NCBI RefSeq assembly: GCF_006345805.1
Contig: NC_043002.1
Location: 60,760,001 to 60,824,000 of the forward strand
Reading direction: 5' to 3'
From: Octopus sinensis
Taxonomy: Eukaryota
Length of the DNA stretch: 64,000 bases
Made by a program: the position numbers and the translations under genes. Shown here piece after piece: positions 38,880 to 50,258 of the stretch; within the stretch, counting starts at the first letter, position 1, and each line of letters starts with the position of its first letter. The notes below the pieces were generated by a model, which did not search any database, was not told where the DNA came from, and worked only from the letters and a program-made list of their open reading frames with translations.

Positions 38880-41006
38880 GTTTGTTTGAGTTTCTGTCCC
38901 ACAACTCTGCTCAAATGGCTTTATTCACTCCGGAGCTATAGTAGAATTCACTTGCCCTCGTTGCCATTCAGTGGGACTCAACTCGGAGCCATGCCCGCTT
39001 GCAGTAATTTACCTTTGTTTCAATTATGTAGATTCCTTCATAGAATGAAAATATGTAAGAATGTCAATTGTTTTTAATTCTGAAAACATAACTTTACACC
39101 TATTCAGAACAAATTATCGTGGTAAAAGAAACTCTAAACTCGTTGTCTTCTTTTCAGTTTCCGTGACTATTCTATGTTTGTGATTCTTAGTTAATGACCG
39201 AAAGAAAGCGATCACGAATCCAAACGGCTGAAATATTCATTCGTCTGTAGGAGCGGTGGAGTAATGTCACTTGACAGGATGTGCAACTCAGAGATCTCCA
39301 GATCGAACCACTACTCCCCCGCATTGTGAGGGCTTTCCTCTAGTAATACAAATATGGAATTAAAATGTCGCTGGAAAGAAACTGAACAATGATTCTTTAA
39401 ACCAAGCCAACAAGGAGGAGCATTATGGGTAGACTAAGAATGATATAGCTGGCGTGGATGTGCGCAAAGAATTTTGCTCCCCAGCCACATGGTTGCGGGT
39501 TCAGTCACACTTTCTGGCGCACTGGGGAAGTGCTTTACGATATAGCCTCGCACTGACCAAAATCTTGTGGGTGGATTTAGTAGACGTTAATCGTGGGACT
39601 GGACCCGAAGCTATATTGTTAGGAATGAAGTTTTTACGACACAGCCCTGCCTGCAGCCTCTGTAATTTTAATGTTCAGATTACACATTATATTCGCAAAT
39701 TGCTCCTTAGCAGTTCGTTTGTGTGTGTGTGTGTGTGTGTTAGTGAAGAGAAAGACAGGGGAAGAGATGCTGCAGAGAGAAGAAAAGAGACAGAAATAGA
39801 TAGAGAGGAGGACGGCTAGAAAGATAGAATAACTGAGAGTCAATCAAATAGATTGATAATACACACATGTATAGAATCAATAAACATGAGTACATAATTG
39901 CGTGGAGTTGTACACGGATGTAAACGAAATATCTTTAAATTATTAACTACGAATATTTCGTATTTTAGAACAGACGGCGTTAGGATATTTTCGCCATCAC
40001 AGCGCTTCGAAACCAAAGGCCAATATCTCCATATGTAATTGAAAGTGAGAGAAATACTCGTGTGACCTGAAACTCGTATACAGAACCTAATTGCTTGAAT
40101 AGCACGAAATATTCCCTTGTACATTAAGAAATGTGATTATGCATTTACGCAATCAATATGCAATACCGTATTAGCAATTATTATAGTGGAATTAGTCACA
40201 GATTCCTGATGACTACATCGTAATAAGCTTCTACTTGCGCGTTCCTACAACACAGAACACAGATATGTGCAGTAGCATTAATTCAGCGGCATTTGCATTC
40301 CGTTTTCGTAGATACATGAATACATACATATATACATACATAACATACATATATATATATGTGTGTGTGTGTGTTGTGTGTGTGTGTGGTGTGTGTGTGT
40401 GTGTGTGTTGTGTGTGTGTGGTGTGTGTGTGTGTGTATGTGTGTGTGTGTGTGTATGTATATGTCTGTGTATATGTATATGTGCGTGTTCGTATGTTTGT
40501 GTGCGTATACATAGATAGAAAGAGAGAGAGAGAGAGACAGACAGGCAATCAGAGAGGGTTTGAAAATCAGCAGACGAGATAGAATATAAAGTAAGAAATA
40601 CAACACACCCATGTCCATATAAGTCCTTATATTTCAAACAATCATTTGAATTTTTGCTGGCGCACACATTAAGAACACAAAAGTTTATAAAAATACGTGA
40701 ATTTGTATATGCATGTATACATAGATACATTCGTATTTATACACATTCACGTAACAATATATGTATATATGTATAAACATATACATATATAAATACATGT
40801 GTGTGTATCTGTTTGTTTGCGTGTGTTTGTGTGTGTGTGTGTGTGTGTATGGAAATAATTATATGTACTTACATTAACAGAGAAATATGTCCGACTTACT
40901 CATATGAGGAAGGCTATACAAATGTGTTTGTAGAAACAAATCTTTGTATTGAGATATTAATAACTTGTAATTACTTATATAATGGATAGTAATAAGCAAA
41001 GTGTGT

Positions 41007-41077
<71 letters not shown>

Positions 41078-41079
41078 TG

Positions 41080-41138
<59 letters not shown>

Positions 41139-41158
41139 ATCTATATACATATATATAT

Positions 41159-41234
<76 letters not shown>

Positions 41235-41807
41235 GTATGTATATGCATATATACTGGTGAAGCTTGCTTCCCCATTGCATGGTTCGTGTTCAGTCCCACT
41301 GCATGGCACCTTCAACACGTGTTTTCTACAGTGGCCTCCGACAGGGTAGACCAGATCCCAATGATTGGCTCGTGTCCAGCCATCCCCATGATCGAAAGCT
41401 AAATACTAAAGCTTTTTTTTTTATTCTCTCTCTGTTTATTTTCTCGTGTTCCTTTCTGTTGAAGTGCGTATGCTCTAAACGTAAAATACTTCCTCATTTT
41501 GCCGAGCGTTAAACTAATACACCTGTTTGTTGTTTACACGCTTGTCTTCGTCTTTTTTTTTGTATTCCCAACAATATGTGTGTGTGTGTGCCTTTGTTTG
41601 TGTGTTTGTCCCCACCACCCTCACCTGACAACCGATGTTTGTGTCTTTATGTCTCCGTAACGTACCGGTTCAGCAAAAGAGAACGATAGAATAAGTCCGA
41701 GACCTGCCGTCGATTTCTTTGACTAAAAGCGGTGCTCCGGCGTGGCTGCATTCAGCCAATAAACGAACAAACGAATAAAGGAATATACATAATACATACA
41801 TGCATAC

Positions 41808-41859
<52 letters not shown>

Positions 41860-42051
41860 GGGATCAGCGCTAATATACAGATACGCATCATATATATTGG
41901 GTCAAGACAGATATCGGGGAGATATAACAGCTGTCGGGCATCTCATTATTTACCATAATGACATATATAATTATGTATACATTGATATGTGTATATGATT
42001 TAAACACATGCATACACACATACATATTTATAAATACCTATATTTGTTCGT

Positions 42052-42094
<43 letters not shown>

Positions 42095-42134
42095 CTGTAT
42101 ATATGTATGTATATTATATGTATCTATATATATA

Positions 42135-42230
<96 letters not shown>

Positions 42231-42689
42231 TGTATGTATGTATGTATGTATGTGTGTATGTATGCATGTATTTGTATGTCTGCATTTGGATCAGAGTATC
42301 ATTTGAGAATAAATATCTCGTGTTAAGTTCTTAACTAGTTAATCTTCTACTGATGTTGGTGGAGAAAATTTCTCGGATTTGACGTGACAAGTAATTAGGA
42401 AACGAATTTCGTACATATATTAACTCATTCATTCCTATAATGCGGCAACATATAAATAAACAGAAACAATTTTAAACATATTAGGCCGTACTTTATTAAC
42501 ATAATTTTGATTTAGATGAAATTATCTGACGAAACGAAGCGATCAGAGTCTTCGTATTGCAAATCCCTTCCGCATATGAGATTTCCTCTGATTGTTGTTG
42601 CGTAATGTAGATATGTGTTCGCTATATCTATTGGCAAGGAGTACACTCAAGCAGACGGAGATAATCCTAATTAACTATATGTAAGTATT

Positions 42690-42887
42690 CTTTGATTCTT
42701 TTATTCTTTTTACTTGTTTCAGACATTTCTTTGCGGTCATACTGGAGCACGGCTTTTTAGTCGAAAAAATCTAAACCAGGGGCTTGTTCGTTGTAAGCCT
42801 AGTAGTTATCCCATAGGTCAATATTGCCGTAAAACATTCCAACATCGGTTGTCAAGCGATGGTGGGGGTACAAACATAGTCACACAA

Positions 42888-42940
<53 letters not shown>

Positions 42941-43115
42941 CATATGCGACGGGCTTCTTTCAGTTTCTGTCAGCAGCCAAATCAACACAAAAGGCCTTTG
43001 GGTCGGCCTAAGGCTGAAGCAGAAGACACTTGAGCAAGGTGCAACGCAATGGGACTGAACGTGGAACCATGTGGTTGGGAAGCTAGCTTCTCACCACACA
43101 GTCACTCCTGCACCT
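42690..43115 (-). mobile_element. SINE family A
   Basis: Homologous to 4051-4517. Confidence 0.82.
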
Positions 43116-43151
43116 ATATATATATATATACATATGTATATACATACATAC

Positions 43152-43232
<81 letters not shown>

Positions 43233-43574
43233 TAGTTGTGAGAATGGTTATATATATATGAAGAAACTTGTACTCTGACGATTACGACAATCACTGTTCT
43301 GATTAATCCTATCAATTGGTGTAAGTGGTTGAGAACACCACAGACACTCGGCCCCTTAACGTAGTTCTCGTGAAGTTTCTTGTGTTACACAAAATATCAC
43401 AAGGCTGGTCCTTTGAAATGCAGGTACACCTCACTTTTGCCAGCTTAACTTACTAGAGCAATATGACATAACGCACAACCGGGAATCGAACTCATAACTT
43501 TACGTCAGTGAGCCGAATAGCATAAACACGAGCCATCAGAATGTACATATGTGTTTGCGTATGTATGTGTGTGT

Positions 43575-43619
<45 letters not shown>

Positions 43620-43831
43620 CCCGACTTATGTCGAAATGTAGAATAGTGCTCATTGCATGATGTTGCATTAATGGCACCGAAGCTGAGAGTTTGTTTCGGG
43701 ACTCGAGTTCTCGCCTCAAGATCGCAATGGCTTGAAACTTGAGTCAAGAGACATCTCGGTTTCAATTTCGCGGCACGCGCACGCAAACACACGAACACAT
43801 ACATACATATATATATATGTGTGTGTGTGTG

Positions 43832-43868
<37 letters not shown>

Positions 43869-44343
43869 ATATTAAAATTCTAAAACTATTTAAAGCCAGT
43901 GGTAAACAAAATAACAAAATTCACTGAGTTAAGAGACTTCGTGGTGTTTATAAATATACATAGTAGAGCTGAGGTGTTAGTCAAACGGTCGATGAACACA
44001 CCGAGTGCATGGGCCTCTTTGCGTAAAGAATTTTACATGGAGAATCTGTGGAATGTCTTCAAACTTTTCGGAGTAGCCCTAAGAAATTAGATTTGGAGAA
44101 TGCGTGGACGAGATTTTGATTCTTTGCTCTGTCTCCTAGTAGGTGTCATTGACATTTCGTTAAGGGCTATGAAAAAAGTTTCGGAGCAAGTACAAACAAC
44201 ATTAAGATAAAATATGACCCTGGAGTATGCTACTTAACATAAGTGCCAGAATGAATAGAGTGCATTCATTTTGTTCGACTAAACTCTTTAAGGTGGTGTC
44301 CCGACATAGCCACTGCCCAATAACAGAGACGTGTAAAATATAT

Positions 44344-44578
44344 AAGGCGGCGAGCTGGCAGAAACGTTAGCACGCCGGGCGAAATGCTTAGGGGTATTTC
44401 GTCTGTTATTACGTTCTGAGTTCAAATTCGGTCGAGGTCGACTTTGCCTTTCATCCTTCCGGGGTCGATAAATTAAGTACCAATTACGCACTGGGGTCGA
44501 TCTAATCGACTTAATCCCTTTGTCTTGTTTGTTCCCTCTGTGTTTAGCCCCTTGTGGACAAAAAAGAAATAAGAAACA
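44344..44578 (+). mobile_element. SINE family B monomer
   Basis: AAGGCGGCGAGCTGGCAGAAACGTTAGC head through AAAGAAATAAGAAAC. Confidence 0.85.
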
Positions 44579-44779
44579 TGCAAAATATTAAAAAAAATAT
44601 GATATTAATTTTTTTCCTCCAAATTATGGGGTTTATTTTAATAGATAATTGATAGAAAATATACCAGTTATCTGGAAGCGGCAGGAATGGTGCTGGTGAG
44701 AATGTAGTTAATAATGTAAACATTACGGCGTGAAATAATAATAATAATAAAGATAATAATAATAATAATAATAATAATA

Positions 44780-44812
<33 letters not shown>

Positions 44813-44814
<2 letters not shown>

Positions 44815-45860
44815 TGAACGAAAGAATAAAGAGAAAAACAATCCTTAATACAGACTGTAAGAACCTTCAGCAACGATATAGACATGGGATTTGGCATAGA
44901 TAAGAGCGCAATATTTGTTATAACAAGGAGACAGACTGTTAACAGCGACGGCATCCCATTACCAGATGACCATGCTTTAAAATCCTTGAAAGGAGGCGAG
45001 AGTAATAAGTATCTAGGAGTATTGGAATCGGATTCGGTACAACTCCAGAATTGAAGACGAAAATGGAAAAGGATTATATCAGAAGGATGAAAAAGCTAAT
45101 GAAGCCAAAGCTAAATGGTTCGAATGTAGTGTAGACTGTAAATGCTTAGACAGTATCGTTACTTAGATACCCAGCAGCTTTTGTAGATTCGACAAAAATT
45201 AAATTAGCAAACGTAAACAGAAGAACTAGGAAGTAATTCAATATGAATGGAGGACTACATCCAAGGGCAGGAGTAGCAAGATTACACCTGTGTAGAAAAT
45301 AAGGCGGAAGAGGGTTAATATCAGTAGAAGACTGCGTGGAGTTTTCTACAGCAGATATAAACTCCTATGTAGGTAATAGTGCAGAGTGTTTATCAAAAGC
45401 TGCTAGAGTCACAACAAAACAGCGAAACAAAAACACCAAACGAACTTAAAAATCAGGAAAAAGAATAGAAAGTATCTCACTGGCAGGAGAAGGCGTTGCC
45501 TGGTAGATTCTCGAAGATAGTTTCAGCAAATAGTAGTTGTGAGATATGGTTATGTCTGCAGAAAAGAAAGTTGAAGAGGGGGACTAGGTGATTCTTAAGA
45601 GCCGCACAAGATCAAGCATTAAAGACTAATTAGAATAAAAACCAAAATAGACAAAAACAAAGTAGATTCCCAATGTAGACAAACTAGGGGAAGCAATCCA
45701 CTGCGACCTTTGTAGAAATCTAGAATTTGATCATACTAATAAATCGTATGAACATGAACCTAGCAAAGTACTAGAAAGTATGGTATTGTGGGAATTTAAC
45801 TTCCAGACTGACAAAATAATAGAAGCTAGAAGGCCTGATTTGGAAGTTGTAGGAAATTTG
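44813..45860 (+). mobile_element. R4/Dong-type (RLE) LINE fragment, decayed, abutting (TAA)n
   Basis: SLIQTVRTFSNDIDMGFGIDKSA, KYLGVLE, GLHPRA..RLHL..GGRGLISVED, AAQDQALKTN, YEHEP..LWEFNFQTDKIIEARRPDL (restriction-like endonuclease). (TAA)n at 44733-44812. Confidence 0.88.
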
Positions 45861-47235
45861 ATATACTATAATTATAATTGAACTTCTGAATTATTATTAT
45901 AGTATATCAAATTTCCTAATAAAATTGATAGTTTTAATTTTCCGTTTGCAAGAATATCGTTTGTGCCAAACTGTATTCCAATTAGAAGAGGACATAACGT
46001 GCGTTGCCGTCATGTAATTAGCTACGGCCTGATAATTAACATCATTCATTTATTTATAAATAGAATATTTAAAACAAAATTTGAGTGAAACAATTGACGA
46101 ATCACGTGGATAAGTTGTGTTAAAAATATTAATTATTAATTAAAAACTTTCATAATGGTTCAGAGAAACAGTGATTTATTTTTCATACGATACGCTGTTT
46201 GTAGGAATTTCGCAACTATTGGGAAATGTTTATCCTCTTACTTTGTTTCGCGATCGTCATCATCAGCATCATCACTAGCAGCAGCATCACCATCATTATC
46301 ATCGTCGTTGTCGTTGTCGTCGTCATCAACATCATCATCATCATCATCAACATCATCATTCCTTTAACGTTTACTTTTCCATCATTCAAAATGAATTTGT
46401 TGAGGCAGATTTTCTACGCCCGGATGCGATTCCTGTCGCTAATCCTCGTCTGTTTTCAAGCAAGTTAATACTTCCTCATGAGCTGACATGATTTACAAGG
46501 AATATTGGGAACGAAAGACAATGCTTGTACAACAGTGGCAACGTTTATACAACGGTTTCCATTATATAAGAGAGGAGGTCAAGTTGAATATGTCAACCCC
46601 AGTATTTCACTGGTACATAATTTATCGACGGTATGAAAGACAAAATCGACCGCGGTGAAATTCGAACTCAGGATGTATAGACGGACAGAATTTTGATAAG
46701 AATTTTGTTCGGTGTGCTAACAGTGCTGCTAGTTGGGCCGCCATGGCAACGTTTATATAATAAAACCCTGATATTAGAGACGCCGCAGCACAGGAATTAT
46801 TTTGACATTCTCCAGTTGCATAACTAGAAACATTCAATTCTGTTCTTCATTCCACCGATAATGCTTCACAAAACATACTCGGTTTGTCTTGGATCACCAT
46901 CGGGAATTCAAAAAAGTTGGGTGACATTCTCCTTGTTTTCGTCGCTTATATTTTCAGTAACGGCCTTCCTTTGTGGGGAAATTAAAAAAAAGTATAAAAT
47001 AAACTCAAAATATGACAAAGTCCTCAACCAATCTGTGTATTTAATATATATTCGTATGCTTAATTATTACAGGGTTTTTTAATCATGTATATATATATAT
47101 GTATGTGTGTGTGTCTGTGTGTGCGTGCGTGTATATATATGTATGTATGTATATATATATATATATATATATGTGTATGTTGGATCGTTGGCCCCTACAC
47201 GCAATTTTTTTTTCTCTTTGTTTCTTTTCTGTGTA

Positions 47236-47273
47236 TCTTTCTGCTGAAGAGCGTAGGCTCGAAACGTAAAAGA
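47236..47273 (+). ncRNA. Minimal hammerhead-like motif (C at position 6)
   Basis: tcttt-CTGCTGA-a-gagc(gtag)gctc-GAAA-cg-TA-aaaga; helices I and II are perfectly paired. Confidence 0.7.
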
Positions 47274-47363
47274 CTTGTTCTATTTCTATTCCTGAGCGCC
47301 ATACTAATACATTGTTTTTTTATACTCTACCTGCCTTTTGTTTATTTTCGTAAACCTTCCCGT

Positions 47364-47415
<52 letters not shown>

Positions 47416-47424
47416 CACACATAA

Positions 47425-47860
47425 TTGGCAAATATATGTTACGGTTCTGTACAGATACGATTTACATTCTCGCTCGGAGATTTAATATAACATTCTCTTT
47501 CTTCTACGAGATCAGCGACAGTGAGTCGCTAGAAAAATATATAGTAATTTATGAGTGGAATAAGCTTCTATCACTAGCTGGTGATTAAAACATGCTGAGA
47601 AGGGGTAATCTCCCAGAAACTCGAGTCCGTGTGTATCACATGAGGCTAAAGATGGGAGCGATGACCTTCCCTCGCAAACGCTAATAGGACACAGAATGGG
47701 TTTCGTTAGCCAGCTGGAGGAGATGTTTTTCTGGGACTCTAAACATCGGTCGCACTGTCCTGTATAGGACGCCACACCTAGTTGGCAAATATTATGTTAC
47801 GGTTCCGAACTGCTACTATTTATATCTCGCTCAGAGATTTAATACATCCTCGTTCTTATA
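47425..47860. mobile_element. Partial tandem (357-bp period) non-coding element with a conserved structured motif
   Basis: TTGGCAAATAT..TGTTACGGTTC..TCTCGCTCRGAGATTTAATA recurs at 47425 and 47782; flanked by (TA)n. Confidence 0.75.
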
Positions 47861-47897
47861 TATATATATATATATGAGTGTGTGTGTGTGTACACGC

Positions 47898-48167
47898 GTC
47901 ACTAAATGTGACTATGGGTGCCCCGAGACACACATATTGCAAGAAATAGGTGTAAAATACTGTTTGTGCTATAGGAAGAACGCAAATTCATACGCTGACA
48001 GGGAAGAAATCGCCACCCATGATCGAACCGAGAATCCGGTCATGGTGAGGTTTGTTCCCTTGTCAGTGTATATGTATACATTTGAGCTCTTCCCACAACA
48101 CAAGGAGTTCTTTACTTCTATTTCTAGCAACGTAGTTGTCTCGGGACTCTTGGTCACATTCAGTGAC
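47898..48167. repeat. Diverged inverted repeat (~130-bp arms)
   Basis: GTCACTAAATGTGAC/GTCACATTCAGTGAC, CCCGAGACA/TGTCTCGGG, AGAAATAG/CTATTTCT, CTGACA/TGTCAG, CCATGA/TCATGG. Confidence 0.85.
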
Positions 48168-48443
48168 AATTGAACTTTCCTTTATGCTACTATTTTATCC
48201 TCGGTGTGTTTGTCTGTGTGTGTGTGTGTGTGTGTGGTGTGTGTGTGTGTGTGTGTGTATGCATTGGCGTATATGTGTAATCACAGAAAATAAGGGAATA
48301 TTTAATTTTAGTGTTAAATTATGTATTTTCAAATTAATTTGACTTATATTTCATTTTAAAGCCCGTTTTTTGCTCTATCTAATCGTGTTACTCTTTTTCT
48401 TTTTGAATAATTAGGCCATTTTTTCCGGAACGTTAAATACAAG

Positions 48444-49202
48444 ATGGACAAAAGGCAAATTCACACAAGTGTCTTACTCCAGTTCAAGCTAGGCCGAAAA
48501 GCTGCTGAAACAACTCGCACTATCAACGATGCGTTTGTCCCTCGAGTCACTAATGAATGTACAGCGCAGTGGTGGTTCAAGGAATTTCGTAGCGGTGACG
48601 AGTATTGAAGATAAGCATAGTGGTTGGCCATCGAATGGTGACAACGATCAACTAAGAGCCTTAGTCGAAGCCAATCCACGCACAACTGTTCGAGAGCTTG
48701 CTTCTGAATTAAACGTAACATATACCACAATTTCCAACTACATGCGTTCTCTCAGCAAATGGATGAAATGCATGAGAAACTCCGACAACAACAGCCGGTA
48801 TTGGTCAATAGAAAAGGACCAATTCTTCTCCATGACAACGCTCAGCCGCAGGTCGCACAACTGACTCTGCAGAAGTGGAACGAATTGGGCTACGAAACTC
48901 TGCCTCATTCGCCATACCCACCAGACCTCTTGCCTACTGACTACCGCTTTTCCAGCCATCTCGACAACTTCCTGTGTGAGAAATGCTTAAAAAACCAAGA
49001 CGATGCCAAACATGCCTTCAATGACTTCATCGCACCAGAACGTAGGATATTTACGCTACTGGCTTAAATAAAGTTGTTTCGCGTTGGCAAAAGCGTGTTG
49101 ATTCTGATGGTGTTTGTTTCGATTAATAAAGTTTTGTTTGAGACGAGATTTGTGCATCTGAATTAAAGGTTAAAAACTACAAGAACTTTCTTAACAACCT
49201 AA
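48444..49202 (+). mobile_element. Second mariner family (SETMAR/Hsmar1-like), internally deleted, 3' TIR present
   Basis: MDKRQIH..FKLGRKAAETTRTINDAF..; QLRALVEANPRTTVRELA fused to RKGPILLHDNA..LPHSPYPPDLLPTDY, so the first catalytic D region is missing. 3' TIR ..CTTAACAACCTAA followed by TA. Confidence 0.9.
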
Positions 49203-49860
49203 TATATCCCTCTGTCTCTCTCTCTACTCTCAGTTTTTTGTCTTTTTGTATACATTTTGAAATACACGCACACACACACACGTATATATATATATATATA
49301 CGTGTGTGTGTGTGCGTGTATTTCAAAATGTATACAAAAAGACAAAAAAACTGAGAGTAGAGAGAGAGACAGAGGGATATATTAGGTTGTTAAGAAAGTT
49401 CTTGTAGTTTTTAACCTTTAAATTCAGATGCACAAATCTCGTCTCAAACAAAACTTTATTAATCGAAACAAACACCATCAGAATCAACACGCTTTTGCCA
49501 ACGCGAAACAACTTTATTTAAGCCAGTAGCGTAAATATCCTACGTTCTGGTGGCGATGAAGTCATTGAAGGCATGTTTGGCATCGTCTTGGTTTTTTAAG
49601 CATTTCTCACACAGGAAGTTGTCGAGATGGCTGGAAAAGCGGTAGTCAGTAGGCAAGAGGTCTGGTGGGTATGGCGAATGAGGCAGAGTTTCGTAGCCCA
49701 ATTCGTTCCACTTCTGCAGAGTCAGTTGTGCGACCTGCGGCTGAGCGTTGTCATGGAGAAGAATTGGTCCTTTTCTATTGACCAATACCGGCTGTTGTTG
49801 TCGGAGTTTCTCATGCATTTCATCCATTTGCTGAGAGAACGCATGTAGTTGGAAATTGTG
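48726..49860. repeat. Near-perfect 1.13-kb palindrome centred on (CA)n(TA)9(TG)n
   Basis: 48726-49291 is the reverse complement of 49292-49860, differing by a few 1-nt homopolymer indels. It produces the mirrored ORFs in the ORF track. Confidence 0.95.
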
Positions 49861-50220
49861 TATGTATATGTGTGTGTATGTATATATGAGTGTATGTGTG
49901 TATAAGCGTATCATTCTAAAACGACGGAACCGTTCATTTAAACCAATTTAAACCTTGTTTCAAAGGACATTTGTCATACACGAAGTCTACGTGCAGGGTC
50001 CGGCGTCTTATCTCTAGAGATAACATTGTTATGGTTCGCTGCAACACTAGTGCCAAATACAGGTATATATATTTGATTATGTATAACTTTATATACGTTT
50101 GATTATATATATGTATATATGTCTTACCATTAATTATGTATATATATATTTATATGTGTTATATATATATACGCATACACATACACACACACATATATAT
50201 ATATATGTAAACACAGATGC

Positions 50221-50258
<38 letters not shown>

